64,000 bases of DNA, from assembly GCA_937877535.1 (NCBI GenBank), contig CALFJF010000060.1, forward strand, positions 250 through 64,249, read 5' to 3'. Source of the stretch: an uncultured Treponema sp. Lineage in GTDB: Bacteria; Spirochaetota; Spirochaetia; Treponematales; Treponemataceae. A model generated the notes under the pieces. The model worked only from the letters and a program-made list of their open reading frames with translations. It made no database searches and was not told where the DNA came from. Of this stretch, positions 29,272 to 39,442 are shown piece by piece; positions within the stretch are counted from its first letter, which is position 1, and every line of letters begins with the position of its first letter. The position numbers were made by a program, and so were the translations under genes.

Positions 29272-29300
29272 TTGCAATCTGAGCATTTGTTCGATATACT
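29272..29300 (+). promoter_or_regulatory. sigma70-type promoter candidate
   Basis: TTGCAA (29272-29277), a 17-nt spacer, then TATACT (29295-29300). It lies about 30 nt upstream of the ATG at 29333. Confidence 0.5.
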
Positions 29301-29332
29301 GTATCGAGTAAAAATTCAAGGGGTACTAGTCA

Positions 29333-30625
29333 ATGGAAAAGGAAGAGGTGCAAGGCTACTCGATAGAGGAAGCAGTCGCAGAGGCTCGGCGATGTTTGAA
29401 TTGTCCAAAGCCACTTTGTCGCACGGGGTGTCCGATTGAAAACGAGATTCCTGCATTTAATCATGCGGTTTCGGTCGGAAATTTTGGAGAGGCTTTTGAA
29501 ATTGTTTCTCGCAGGAGCAATCTTCCCGCGATTTGCGGTCGCGTTTGCCCGCACGAAAGCCAATGCGAAGGACACTGTGTTCTTTACAAAAGTGGCAAGG
29601 GCATTAAAATCGGCATGATTGAACGGTTTATCGCTGATTTTGAGGCTGAAGCAAAGTTTGCCAAAGACGCAAAAATCGCAAAGACTGGTGGAAAAGTTGC
29701 CGTAATCGGCTCAGGTCCTGCGGGGCTTACCGTTGCAGGCGACCTTGCTCGAAAAGGGTACGATGTTACGGTTTACGAAGGCGAAAGCGAGCCTGGTGGC
29801 GTTCTTCTCTATGGAATTCCAGAATTCCGACTTCCAAAAGACGTGGTTCGTAGAACGACAGCAAAAATCAAAGAACTCGGCGTGCAGTTCATTACCGATA
29901 CGATGGTCGGCGAAGACATTACAGTTGAAGAAATGCTCGCAAACGGTTTTGACGCAGTTTTTATCGGCACGGGTACGGCTCTTGCAAAGTCGCTTGACCT
30001 TCCTGGAAAAGATTTGGCGGGCGTTCTTCAGTCAAATTATCTTCTCCGAATGGTCAGGTTGTATCAAGACGGAAATGTTGAAAAAGATGACGTTCCTGTA
30101 AAAGAAGGCGACCAGGTTGTTGTAATTGGCGCGGGAAACGTTGCGATGGACGCTTGTCGCACGGCGATACGAATGAAAGCGGCAAAAGTTACCGTCGCGT
30201 ACAGAAAAACCGAGGAATTTATGCGCGCGGCTCGTGCAGAATATGACGGGGCAATCAAAGACGGCGTTGAGTTCAAGTGGGAACACGCTCCCGTTGAGTT
30301 TTTGGGAGAAAACGGACGAGTTACTGGCTTAAAATGTCAAACGCCGTCGGGTGAAGTCGTGATTCCTGCGAACAAGGTTTTGCTTGCGATTGGCTCACGC
30401 CCTGCGGCAAGAATTTTGAGTACTACGCAAGGAATCGATGCGGACGAATCGGGCTACGTTGTTACAAAGCAAAAGCCCTACGGAATGACAAGCCGCAGAG
30501 GAATTTTTGCTGGTGGCGATGTTGTTCACAAACCCGCAACAGTCGTTCTGGCAATGCGCGAGGCAAAAAAAGTCGCCGTGGGAATCGCTGATTTTATTGA
30601 AGCAAAAAAACTTCTCGGAGAATAA
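29333..30625 (+). CDS. NAD(P)H-dependent FeS flavoprotein oxidoreductase (GltD / SudA / NfnB family)
   Basis: 430 aa. It has N-terminal Cys clusters (CLNCPKPLCRTGCP, CGRVCPHESQCEGHC) and two dinucleotide folds (VAVIGSGPAGL, VVVIGAGNVAMD). Confidence 0.85.
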   Translation: MEKEEVQGYSIEEAVAEARRCLNCPKPLCRTGCPIENEIPAFNHAVSVGNFGEAFEIVSRRSNLPAICGRVCPHESQCEGHCVLYKSGKGIKIGMIERFIADFEAEAKFAKDAKIAKTGGKVAVIGSGPAGLTVAGDLARKGYDVTVYEGESEPGGVLLYGIPEFRLPKDVVRRTTAKIKELGVQFITDTMVGEDITVEEMLANGFDAVFIGTGTALAKSLDLPGKDLAGVLQSNYLLRMVRLYQDGNVEKDDVPVKEGDQVVVIGAGNVAMDACRTAIRMKAAKVTVAYRKTEEFMRAARAEYDGAIKDGVEFKWEHAPVEFLGENGRVTGLKCQTPSGEVVIPANKVLLAIGSRPAARILSTTQGIDADESGYVVTKQKPYGMTSRRGIFAGGDVVHKPATVVLAMREAKKVAVGIADFIEAKKLLGE

Positions 30626-30667
30626 TCTGAGAAAAATTATGGAAAATACGACAACGCACCATTTGCG

Positions 30668-31174
30668 TTGTCGGGGGGAAATATGGCAGAAAATACACAG
30701 ATTCAACTCGTTACGTTTCAACTTGGCGAGGAGATTTACGGCGTTGACATTATGGATGTCAAGGAAATTGTGAAAATTCGGAAAGTTCGTCCGATTCCGA
30801 ATGCACCGTACTACGTTGAGGGAATTTTCAATCTTCGGAGCGAGATTATTCCAGTCATCAACTTGCACAAGCGATTTCAGATTCAAAAACTCGCGCAAAC
30901 AGACGAAGAAAACGAATTTGAAGGCGGATTCATCATTTTGAATATCGATGACAATCGAATTGGTGTTATCATCGACAAAATCAACCGCGTTGTTACAATC
31001 GACACCGCTGACATAAAAGACCCGCCGCAAATGATTAGCGGAATTGGCACGGAATACATATCGGGCGTTATTCGGCAGGACTCAAAATATCTTATAATGC
31101 TTGACATTAGACGGATATTCAACGCACGCGAAATGAGAAAAATTATCGACCCAACAGGCTCGTTCGACGACTAA
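30668..31174 (+). CDS. cheW: chemotaxis coupling protein CheW
   Basis: QLVTFQLGEEIYGVDIMDVKEIV ... VEGIFNLRSEIIPVINL is canonical CheW. Confidence 0.9.
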   Translation: MSGGNMAENTQIQLVTFQLGEEIYGVDIMDVKEIVKIRKVRPIPNAPYYVEGIFNLRSEIIPVINLHKRFQIQKLAQTDEENEFEGGFIILNIDDNRIGVIIDKINRVVTIDTADIKDPPQMISGIGTEYISGVIRQDSKYLIMLDIRRIFNAREMRKIIDPTGSFDD

Positions 31175-31226
31175 GTTTTGGATTTTGATTCGAGCGAGTT
31201 CTAGCGATTTGTAATCGGAAAAGATT

Positions 31227-32339
31227 TTGAGTGCGAACAACGTAATTCCGTCTTTTAGAGCAACAATAGGCAGGCGAGAAATGGATGCCGTTCTTACGTG
31301 TCTTGTTGACGAAAAAATCGAAGCGGGGGAAATGAACGCACGGCTTAGTGAGGCTGTGTGCAGTTTTTTTGAGTCTTCTGGTGCGATTTCACTTGAAAGT
31401 CCATCTCTCGCGCTTTTGTATGCGTTGCGTTCGCTTGGTTGTGAGAACAATGCAAAGGTGATGATTTCTGCGCTTGCTCCGAGTTGGCAGTATTTTGCGT
31501 TGGAAGCGTTCGGTTTTGAAGTGCTCGTTCTTGATGTTGACACAAAAACAGGTCTCGTTGATTTTTCGGTTATTTTTGAAGGCGTAAAAAACGGTGCTAA
31601 GATTTTGATTTTGCACGAACCGTTCGGTCTTTCGTTGCCTTTTTCCGTTTTTGAGCAAATAAAATCGCTGGGGATTTTTCTTATAGAAGACGTGTCGCAG
31701 TCGGTTGGAGCGGTTGTTTTGGAAGACGAGGAAGCGGATTCTGAAACAGAAACGCTTGATGAGAAAAATGGGCAAAAAGCGGGAACGTTTGGTTCGTATT
31801 CGATTATGGCACTTGGAGCGTTTGATGCGCTTACGGTTGGCGGCGGCGCGGTGCTTTTTGCGCAAAAAAAACGCGAGTGGACAATTTTGAATCAGATTTT
31901 TGAAAACGCTCCCAAAACGCATTTGCTCGGAGATGTGAGTAGTGCGCTTGCATATATGCAATTTCGCGCCTTGAGCAAAAACGACGAGGCTCGCGCTTTT
32001 GTTTTTCGCTCCTACACGCGCTCTCTTTTGGGCGGAAACAACAGGAAAAATGCACCTTTTGAAAGAAAAAATGGAGATGCGTTTCGCGCGTTTCCTGTCG
32101 TCCTTTCGCAGAATTTCAAAGAGGCGCAGCAGTACGCTGAAAAAAAAGGCGTTGAAATTGTGCGGGCTTTTGAGGATTCTGTTATCGCGCACATTTTGAA
32201 AACGGATGGGGAACTTTCGGCGGATTCTTATCCTCGCGCTCGTTCGCTGTATCTTCGGACTGCGCTCTTTCCGCTTTATCCAAGAATGAAAGCGGAAATG
32301 ACCGAGCGAGTGGGGCGAGTTCTTTCAACGCTCCCGTGA
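31227..32339 (+). CDS. DegT/DnrJ/EryC1-like (fold-type I aminotransferase-like) protein, possibly non-catalytic
   Basis: 370 aa with a TTG start. It has the overall DegT-like layout (IPSFRATIGRREMDAV..., LIEDVSQSVGA). The segment where the PLP lysine is expected reads SIMALGAFDALTVGGGAVL. Confidence 0.55.
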   Translation: MSANNVIPSFRATIGRREMDAVLTCLVDEKIEAGEMNARLSEAVCSFFESSGAISLESPSLALLYALRSLGCENNAKVMISALAPSWQYFALEAFGFEVLVLDVDTKTGLVDFSVIFEGVKNGAKILILHEPFGLSLPFSVFEQIKSLGIFLIEDVSQSVGAVVLEDEEADSETETLDEKNGQKAGTFGSYSIMALGAFDALTVGGGAVLFAQKKREWTILNQIFENAPKTHLLGDVSSALAYMQFRALSKNDEARAFVFRSYTRSLLGGNNRKNAPFERKNGDAFRAFPVVLSQNFKEAQQYAEKKGVEIVRAFEDSVIAHILKTDGELSADSYPRARSLYLRTALFPLYPRMKAEMTERVGRVLSTLP

Positions 32340-32399
32340 GAAAAAAAACTCACGCAATTTTTCAGAAACGTTCAGTTTCAAGTCCAATCATAAAAAGGA

Positions 32400-33275
32400 A
32401 TGAAAATGGAAAAAAACGTCGTACCAGATGTAAAAAAATGCCTCATTGTGGTGAACACGTACAAAGAGGAATCTCGACTCCTCGGCTCTGAAGTCAGCGA
32501 GTATTTGTCTAAACGCGGGATTCGAGCGGATATTTTTATGTTCAACGGATTTGCGGAGCAATACCCGTTTCACGGCTCGGATTTAGTGATTACGATGGGC
32601 GGAGATGGCACGGTGTTATTTGCCGCTCGCGGGTGCGCCGAGGACGGAATTCCGATTTTCCCTGTGAACTTTGGCTCGTTTGGGTTTATTGCAAGCGTTC
32701 AGCGCGACGAATGGAAAGAAGAACTTGACCGCTATTTGTGCGGAAAATCCGAGGTGTTTACGCGCTCAATGCTTCAGGCGGATTTATTGAGAAATGATGT
32801 GCGGCGGTTTCGTTCGGTTGGGTTGAACGACATTGTTGTGAGTGCGCGCACGGCGGCTCACACGATTTCATTTTCGATTACTTACGGAGGCGTGTCGCTT
32901 GGGGAATTTAAGGCGGACGGCGTGATTGTAAGCACAGCAACGGGAAGTACCGCTTATTCTGCAAGCGCGGGCGGACCAATAATCGACCCGGGGCTTGACG
33001 CGCTCGTTCTCACGCTCATAAATGCGTTTTCTCTTTCAAGTCGTCCGATTGTTTTAAGTCCAGACGGCGAAATCGTCATAGAAATCCTGCCCTCGCGCGT
33101 GTCTGGCGTGGTGATTTCCGTTGACGGACAACTTCCTGTTGACTTGCACGTTGGAGACAAAGTGCGGATTCGGCAAATGGAAGCAAAAGCAAAACTTATC
33201 GGATGCACAAAAGACAAATTTTACAATGCGCTTCGCTCAAAATTGAATTGGTCTGGAGGACCAAAAAATGCTTGA
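32400..33275 (+). CDS. nadK: NAD kinase
   Basis: GGDGTVLFAAR, GFIA and STATGSTAYSASAGGPI motifs. Confidence 0.9.
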   Translation: MKMEKNVVPDVKKCLIVVNTYKEESRLLGSEVSEYLSKRGIRADIFMFNGFAEQYPFHGSDLVITMGGDGTVLFAARGCAEDGIPIFPVNFGSFGFIASVQRDEWKEELDRYLCGKSEVFTRSMLQADLLRNDVRRFRSVGLNDIVVSARTAAHTISFSITYGGVSLGEFKADGVIVSTATGSTAYSASAGGPIIDPGLDALVLTLINAFSLSSRPIVLSPDGEIVIEILPSRVSGVVISVDGQLPVDLHVGDKVRIRQMEAKAKLIGCTKDKFYNALRSKLNWSGGPKNA

Positions 33276-35007
33276 GGACCTTACGATACGGGATTTTGCA
33301 CTCATTGACAGCGCACATCTTGAGTTTCGCCATGGATTTACGGTTCTTTCTGGAGAAACGGGTGCTGGAAAATCGCTTTTGATTGGTGCGCTCACATTTC
33401 TTTTGGGCGGAAAGGGCGGCGCGGATTTGGTTCGCGTGGGTTCGTCGGAAGCGAGCGTGAGCGGAACGTTCTTTTTGGGAGAAAAACCGATTCGTCAAAA
33501 AGACGATGACTTAGACGAGTTTGACGCTTACGGTTGGCTTGAAAAGCACGGAATTCAAACAGAAGACAATCGAATCATTTTGAGGCGATTCGTCAGAAGC
33601 AGCGGAAAAAGCGGTGCTTGGATTGGAAGCACGCCCGTAACTCGAAGTGATTTGGCGGAATTTTGTTCGTTTCTTGTTGATATTCACGGGCAGCACGAAC
33701 ACCAAAATCTGTTGAAAAATGCGGGACATCGGCGGTATCTCGATTCTTTTGCGAATCTGGGAGAGCGAGTCCGCGCGTTTACGGCTCTTTTTTTGGCTCT
33801 TTCTGAAAAACGTGCGATTTTTTCAAAAATGCAAGAGGACAGCAAAAATCGCGCGGAACGGCGTGAGATTTTGTCTTTTTCGATAAAAGAGATTTCCGAG
33901 GCAAAACTTCGAGTAGACGAGGACGTGGAACTTTCTTTGGAAGAAAAACGGCTTTCTTCGTTTGAGCATTTGTTCGGCGAGGTTGAAGTCGTCAACGAAA
34001 ATCTTGGCTCTTCTTCTGAAGGCGCGGTGGGCGCGTTGAAACGCGCAATGGGCGCGGCGGCAAAGGCTTCGGAAAGCGACGGCGCACTCGATTCGCTTTC
34101 GCAGCGACTCGAAAATGCGTTCTATGAAATTTCTGATATTGCAAATGAGTTTCAAGATTACGCTCGCTCGCTCGTTTTTGACCCCGCGCGTCTTGAAGAA
34201 GTGCAAAATCGTCAAACGGAAATCTACAATCTAAAGAAAAAATACGCTTCCTCTCCCGCTTCTTCCGTTTCGGAGGTGTTGGATTATTTGGCGGACGCGG
34301 AGAAAAAATTGTCGGAACTCGACGGGTACGATGAAAATCGGTCGAACCTTTTGGAAGAGATTTCTGCGCTCGAAAAGAAAGTGTACTCGGAAGCGCGGGC
34401 GATTAGCGCGGAAAGAAAAGTGGCGGCAAAAAAAATGAGCAGCGAAGTATCCGCCGTGCTTTCAAAACTCGGCATGAGTTCTACGCGCTTTGAAGTTTCT
34501 GTTCGCGAAAAAGAAGGCACTGATGACACACAACGAGTTGGTGCGTACGGAATCGACGACGTTGAGTTTTTGATAAGTGCGAACGCGGGGCAACCGCTTC
34601 AAATGCTTTCAAAAATCGCGTCTGGCGGCGAACTTTCGCGCGTAATGCTTTCGCTCAAAACGATTCTGGCTTCTTCCGATAGCGTTGGCACGATGATTTT
34701 TGACGAAGTTGATTCTGGAATTGGTGGCGAGGTTGCGGTAAGCGTGGGAGCGCACTTAAAGGCTCTTGCGAAGACGCGGCAAGTGCTTTGTATTACGCAC
34801 CTTGCAAGCATTGCCGTTTACGCCGATAATCAAATTAAAATCAAGAAAGACGTTTTTGATAACTCTACAAGGACTTCTGCGGTGGAAATTACTGGCGAGG
34901 AGCGCGTTTCGGAAATTGCGCGTATGCTTTCTGGGGACGCGCAAACGGCAGAATCGCTGGAGCACGCACGCGCAATGCTTGAAAAATTTAGTTTAGGAGC
35001 GGTATAA
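33268..35007 (+). CDS. recN: DNA repair protein RecN
   Basis: GETGAGKS Walker A, long coiled coils, SGGELSRVMLSL signature and FDEVDSGIGG Walker B. There is an 8-nt overlap with nadK. Confidence 0.9.
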   Translation: MLEDLTIRDFALIDSAHLEFRHGFTVLSGETGAGKSLLIGALTFLLGGKGGADLVRVGSSEASVSGTFFLGEKPIRQKDDDLDEFDAYGWLEKHGIQTEDNRIILRRFVRSSGKSGAWIGSTPVTRSDLAEFCSFLVDIHGQHEHQNLLKNAGHRRYLDSFANLGERVRAFTALFLALSEKRAIFSKMQEDSKNRAERREILSFSIKEISEAKLRVDEDVELSLEEKRLSSFEHLFGEVEVVNENLGSSSEGAVGALKRAMGAAAKASESDGALDSLSQRLENAFYEISDIANEFQDYARSLVFDPARLEEVQNRQTEIYNLKKKYASSPASSVSEVLDYLADAEKKLSELDGYDENRSNLLEEISALEKKVYSEARAISAERKVAAKKMSSEVSAVLSKLGMSSTRFEVSVREKEGTDDTQRVGAYGIDDVEFLISANAGQPLQMLSKIASGGELSRVMLSLKTILASSDSVGTMIFDEVDSGIGGEVAVSVGAHLKALAKTRQVLCITHLASIAVYADNQIKIKKDVFDNSTRTSAVEITGEERVSEIARMLSGDAQTAESLEHARAMLEKFSLGAV

Positions 35008-35811
35008 ATGGCAAAAATTACAACCGAAGACAGAGAAACGTTTGCGGCAAAATCGCAGCCGCACAAGGACGCAATAAACAAGATTCTCGCTTTTGAAAAG
35101 ACGGAGCGGGCAGAAATCGAAAAAGGAAACGACGTTGCGCACAAAAGACTCCAATTGTGCGAGTCGATGATTGAGATTTCGCAACTGTATGTTGCAATAA
35201 ACACGCTTTCCGTGGAGATTTTGAGTGGAGCAAAAAACAATGACGCTCTAAACGATTCTCGAAAAATCCTTTACAAAGCAATCATTTATCTTGAGGAAGT
35301 GGTGACGAATATCGTTGACGTGGACTTTTCTGAGATAAAGGAAAAATTGGATGCAATCGCTGACGTTTCGCTCGAAAAGCGGTACTACCTTGCGCGAAAA
35401 CTGGGACTTGCAATAAGGCTACTCGTTGATTCGTTTGGAGACAATACAAAATGGCGGTGGTCGTTCGTGGAACTTGAAGGACGATTCGCAATCGCAATGA
35501 AAAATCTCCTCGATTGGAAGGCTGCAAGCAAGGCGTATTTTGATTCTTCGACTGAAGAATACGACATAACGGTGAATTACATTCGCATATTGAACGCGCA
35601 AATGGACAAAGCGGCAAAGGAATACAGAGACCGTTACGAACTTTCGACTCATCGCCTTGACGACATGAAACTCGCAATAAATTACACGCTTGCTAAAAGG
35701 CGAATTGCGCAAATAATTGATGAGCAAGACGAAGTTGAAGAATTAAAAAAGCGAGCGGATGTTTGGAAAGCAAAAATGGAACACGACCAAAAAGTCGGCA
35801 TCGCAAGTTAA
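35008..35811 (+). CDS. hypothetical helical protein
   Basis: 267 aa. The ATG directly abuts the recN TAA. The composition looks coding, but I recognised no family. Confidence 0.5.
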   Translation: MAKITTEDRETFAAKSQPHKDAINKILAFEKTERAEIEKGNDVAHKRLQLCESMIEISQLYVAINTLSVEILSGAKNNDALNDSRKILYKAIIYLEEVVTNIVDVDFSEIKEKLDAIADVSLEKRYYLARKLGLAIRLLVDSFGDNTKWRWSFVELEGRFAIAMKNLLDWKAASKAYFDSSTEEYDITVNYIRILNAQMDKAAKEYRDRYELSTHRLDDMKLAINYTLAKRRIAQIIDEQDEVEELKKRADVWKAKMEHDQKVGIAS

Positions 35812-35824
35812 AAAATAAAAGGAA

Positions 35825-37552
35825 ATGAAAATGAAAATCACTGGCTCACAAATTGTAATCGAATGCCTTGTCGAGCAGGGCGTAACAACCGTTTTCGGTT
35901 ATCCAGGCGGAAATATTTTAAACATTTACGACGCACTCTACAAAAATGCGGACAGAATCACGCACATTCTCACGGCGCACGAACAAGCGGCAGCCCACGC
36001 GGCGGACGGATATGCCCGCACCACGGGAAAAGTCGGCGTGTGCATGGCGACGAGCGGACCTGGGGCGACGAACCTTGTCACTGGAATCGCGACTGCTTAC
36101 ATGGATAGTGTTCCTATCGTCGCAATCACCTGCAATGTCGGCACTCCGCTCCTCGGAAAAGACACTTTCCAAGAAATCGACATCACGGGCGTTACCTTGC
36201 CCATAACCAAGCACAATTTTATCGTCAAAGATGTGAACGATTTGGCAAAGACTTTTCGCGAAGCCTTCATCATCGCAAAATCGGGCAGACCAGGACCCGT
36301 TCTCATCGACATTCCCAAAGATGTCACGGCAAAAGAATGTGAATTCGAGCCGCTTTCAAAGGGAGACGACGGAATCAAAACGCTCATCGAAGGGAACGCG
36401 AATTTCTCTCGCGTTGTGCGCGTTGCCGTTCCGAGCGACGAAGAAATCAAACGGGCGGCGGAAATCATCAACAAAGCGGAGCGACCGATTATCTATGCGG
36501 GCGGCGGTGTAAAAATCAGTGGCGCGGAGGCGGAACTTCTCGCACTTGCAGAAAAGGCGAACATCCCCGTGTCAGAAAGTCTTATGGCGCGAGATGTTTT
36601 CCCTTCTTCGCACCCGCTTTGCACTTGTATGGTCGGTATGCACGGAACGCGCGCGAGCAACATGGCAGTCACCGAAAGCGATTTAGTTCTCGCGCTCGGC
36701 TCTCGGTTCAGCGACCGCGTTATCGGCGACCCCAAAAAATTCGCGGAGCATGCGACGGTCTTCCACATCGACATCGACCCTGCCGAAATCAACAAGAACA
36801 TTCCCGCGGGCGAGCAACTTGTCGGCGATGTAAAGCAGATTCTCTCGCGACTTCTTCCGCTCATCGAAAAAAAAGAACATTCCGACTGGCTCAAAAAAAT
36901 CGCCGATTGGAAAAAAGAAATTCCCGCTTCGTATTCAGAAGTCAAAAAAGATTCGGTCAATCCCAAATTCATGCTTGAAACAGTCCACAAATACGCGGGC
37001 GACGACGCTTTCATCACCACCGAAGTCGGTCAGCACCAGATGTGGACGGCGCAGTTCTATCCGTTCGGAAAATCGCGCCGATTCGTCACTTCGGGCGGAT
37101 TGGGAACGATGGGATTCGGAACGGGCGCGGCGATGGGAATACAAGTCGGAAATCCGAACGCTCGCGTCGTTCATATCGCAGGCGACGGAAGTTTCCGCAT
37201 GAACTGCAACGAGCTTTGCACGATTGCCCGCTACAATCTTCCCATCGTCATCGTTTTGGTGAACAACGGTACGCTCGGAAATGTGCGCGTGTGGCAAAAA
37301 CTCTTCTACGAAAAACGCTACAGCCACACCACGCTTGACTTCGGCCCTGACTGGGCGAAACTCGCGGACGCGTATGGCGTGGGCTACTTCAAGGCGGGCA
37401 ACAACGATGAATTCGACGCTGAATTCAAAAAGGCCTTCGAGAGCAAAAAGCCCTGCATCGTTGACGCGCGGGTTGACATCGACGAGATGATTCTCCCGAT
37501 GGCAATTCCCGGAAAGCCGATTGACGAGCAGATGATGGCGTGGGAAAATTAA
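35825..37552 (+). CDS. ilvB: acetolactate synthase large (catalytic) subunit
   Basis: 575 aa. The N-terminus is GYPGGNILNIYDAL, followed by SGPGATN and the ThDP motif IAGDGSFRMNCNEL...NN. Confidence 0.9.
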   Translation: MKMKITGSQIVIECLVEQGVTTVFGYPGGNILNIYDALYKNADRITHILTAHEQAAAHAADGYARTTGKVGVCMATSGPGATNLVTGIATAYMDSVPIVAITCNVGTPLLGKDTFQEIDITGVTLPITKHNFIVKDVNDLAKTFREAFIIAKSGRPGPVLIDIPKDVTAKECEFEPLSKGDDGIKTLIEGNANFSRVVRVAVPSDEEIKRAAEIINKAERPIIYAGGGVKISGAEAELLALAEKANIPVSESLMARDVFPSSHPLCTCMVGMHGTRASNMAVTESDLVLALGSRFSDRVIGDPKKFAEHATVFHIDIDPAEINKNIPAGEQLVGDVKQILSRLLPLIEKKEHSDWLKKIADWKKEIPASYSEVKKDSVNPKFMLETVHKYAGDDAFITTEVGQHQMWTAQFYPFGKSRRFVTSGGLGTMGFGTGAAMGIQVGNPNARVVHIAGDGSFRMNCNELCTIARYNLPIVIVLVNNGTLGNVRVWQKLFYEKRYSHTTLDFGPDWAKLADAYGVGYFKAGNNDEFDAEFKKAFESKKPCIVDARVDIDEMILPMAIPGKPIDEQMMAWEN

Positions 37553-37573
37553 ACGGAAAGTCAGGGGGGAATT

Positions 37574-37861
37574 ATGACAAAAACCGAAATCTACAACGAA
37601 GACTACGTTCAGTTGAACCACGCTTATATTCAGATTTTTGATTCGTACAAAAAACTCCTTGACGCTCCCGACGCGGACGGCGAGGTGGTGGCGGTTTTTG
37701 CGCAAATCCTCACCGTGCTTAACCCTACGCTCGACCGAATAAAATCCGAGATGACCGTCCGAACGAGATTTAAGGACGAAAATGCAAAAAGCGGCGAAAA
37801 AACGCCTGTCAAAACGGAAACTCAAGAAAACGGCGGAAAGATTTTTCGTCCAACGTTTTGA
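37574..37861 (+). CDS. hypothetical 95-aa protein
   Basis: The ORF has a G-rich Shine-Dalgarno sequence (GGGGGG) 5 nt upstream. It occupies the slot where ilvN would be expected, but I see no ACT-domain-like sequence. Confidence 0.4.
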   Translation: MTKTEIYNEDYVQLNHAYIQIFDSYKKLLDAPDADGEVVAVFAQILTVLNPTLDRIKSEMTVRTRFKDENAKSGEKTPVKTETQENGGKIFRPTF

Positions 37862-37973
37862 AAGGATTTTTAGAATGTCAAAAAACTGTTCGGAAACAGA
37901 ATTCTCCAAACAGTTTTTTTGCCACGATTCGCCCGCTATTCTCTTTTTGCCCAAAATCCGCTACAATTTTTGC

Positions 37974-39398
37974 ATGAACGAGAACACTCCGCACGGAACA
38001 ATCACCGATAACAATCACGCCGCTCTCTGGCACGGTCGCTTTGCCGAAGGACCTGACGCGGCGGCAGTTGAATTTGAGACTTCGATTCATGTTGACGAGC
38101 GAATGGCTTTGGACGACATTCACGGCTCATGCGCTCACGCGGCAATGCTCGCTCGCAAGGGAATTATTTCTGCGGAGGAAAATCAGGCGATTCAGGACGG
38201 ACTTTCTTCTATAGAAAAGGACTTGAAATTTGGCTCTCTTTCAATCGATTATTCCGCCGAGGACATTCATTCGTTCATCGAGGCGACGCTCACTGACCGA
38301 ATCGGCAACGCGGGGAAAAAACTCCACACGGGACGCAGCCGAAACGACCAGATTGCGCTTGACGAGAGGCTTTATCTTCGCCGCGTGATTCCAGATTTGC
38401 AGAAAAACATCGCATCGCTCATAAAAACGCTTGTTAAAATCGCAGAAAAGCACAAAAATTCGCTCCTCACGGGCTACACGCACATGCAGCACGCGCAGCC
38501 CGGCTCGCTCGCGCAGCATTTGTGCGCGTGGGCTTTTATGCTAAAGCGCGATGTTGAGCGGCTTTCGGATTCCTTGAAGCGCGTTTCGCTTTCTCCGCTG
38601 GGGGCTGGGGCGTTGATGGGAAGCACTTTGAGCCTTGACCGGGAATTCGTGGCATCTGAACTCGGATTTGACGGCGTGACGGAAAATTCGCTCGATTCTG
38701 TCTCCGACCGCGACTATTGCATTGAGTTCACTTCGGACTTTGCGATTTTGCAGCAGCATCTTTCGAGAATGTGCGAGGAAGTCGTTTTGTGGTCAACCAC
38801 CGAATTCGGCTTTTTGAATCTGAGCGAAAAATGGTCAACGGGCAGTTCCATCATGCCGCAGAAAAAAAATCCCGATTTTGCGGAGCTGATTCGCGGCAGA
38901 ACGGGGAAAGTCTACGGCGATTTAATCAATCTTCTCGTGATGATGAAAGGGCTTCCGCTTGCCTACGACCGCGACATGCAGGAAGACAAAGCCCCGCTCT
39001 TTGAGGCTTTGGACACCGTGCAGGGAAATGTGGTCGTCTTTGAGGCGATGATTGAGAGCGCGGAATGGAATCTTCCCAAAATGGAGGAAAGCTGCTTCGG
39101 CGGATTTGCGAACGCGACCGATGTCGCCGACTATCTCGTGCGAAAAGGCGTTCCGTTCCGAGTGGCGCACGGACTTTCCGCAAAGTGCGTTCGGCTCGCG
39201 ATTGATTCGGGGCTTGGAGCAATCGAGGATTTGAAAATCGATGACATGAAGAAAATCTCGCCGCTTTTTGAAGGCGACATCTTCGAGAAAATCACGCCCC
39301 GCGCCTGCATGGAAGGCAGAAAAACGCTCGGAGGCCCCGGCGCGATTGACAAGCAGATTGAAACGCTTAAAAAATTTGTAGAAAACTATGGCGCGTGA
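37974..39398 (+). CDS. argH: argininosuccinate lyase
   Basis: LWHGRFAEGP, TGRSRNDQ and the GSSIMPQKKNPD signature. The real start is MNENTP at 37974; the tracked ORF start at 37782 is an upstream extension. Confidence 0.9.
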   Translation: MNENTPHGTITDNNHAALWHGRFAEGPDAAAVEFETSIHVDERMALDDIHGSCAHAAMLARKGIISAEENQAIQDGLSSIEKDLKFGSLSIDYSAEDIHSFIEATLTDRIGNAGKKLHTGRSRNDQIALDERLYLRRVIPDLQKNIASLIKTLVKIAEKHKNSLLTGYTHMQHAQPGSLAQHLCAWAFMLKRDVERLSDSLKRVSLSPLGAGALMGSTLSLDREFVASELGFDGVTENSLDSVSDRDYCIEFTSDFAILQQHLSRMCEEVVLWSTTEFGFLNLSEKWSTGSSIMPQKKNPDFAELIRGRTGKVYGDLINLLVMMKGLPLAYDRDMQEDKAPLFEALDTVQGNVVVFEAMIESAEWNLPKMEESCFGGFANATDVADYLVRKGVPFRVAHGLSAKCVRLAIDSGLGAIEDLKIDDMKKISPLFEGDIFEKITPRACMEGRKTLGGPGAIDKQIETLKKFVENYGA

Positions 39399-39442
39399 GA
39401 AAGAGAGAAACTGCGTTTTCAAACGACGTTTTCTCTTTCTTC
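39397..39442 (+). terminator. imperfect long hairpin after argH
   Basis: GAGAAAGAGAGAAACTGCG pairs imperfectly with CGACGTTTTCTCTTTCTTC. There is no clean T-run. Confidence 0.3.

Noticed and set aside
37782-37973. Upstream extension of the argH ORF overlapping the 95-aa ORF
   Set aside because: The ArgH family N-terminus (…LWHGRFAEGP) begins shortly after the internal MNENTP start. The extension is K/R-rich and overlaps another frame and the hairpin region.
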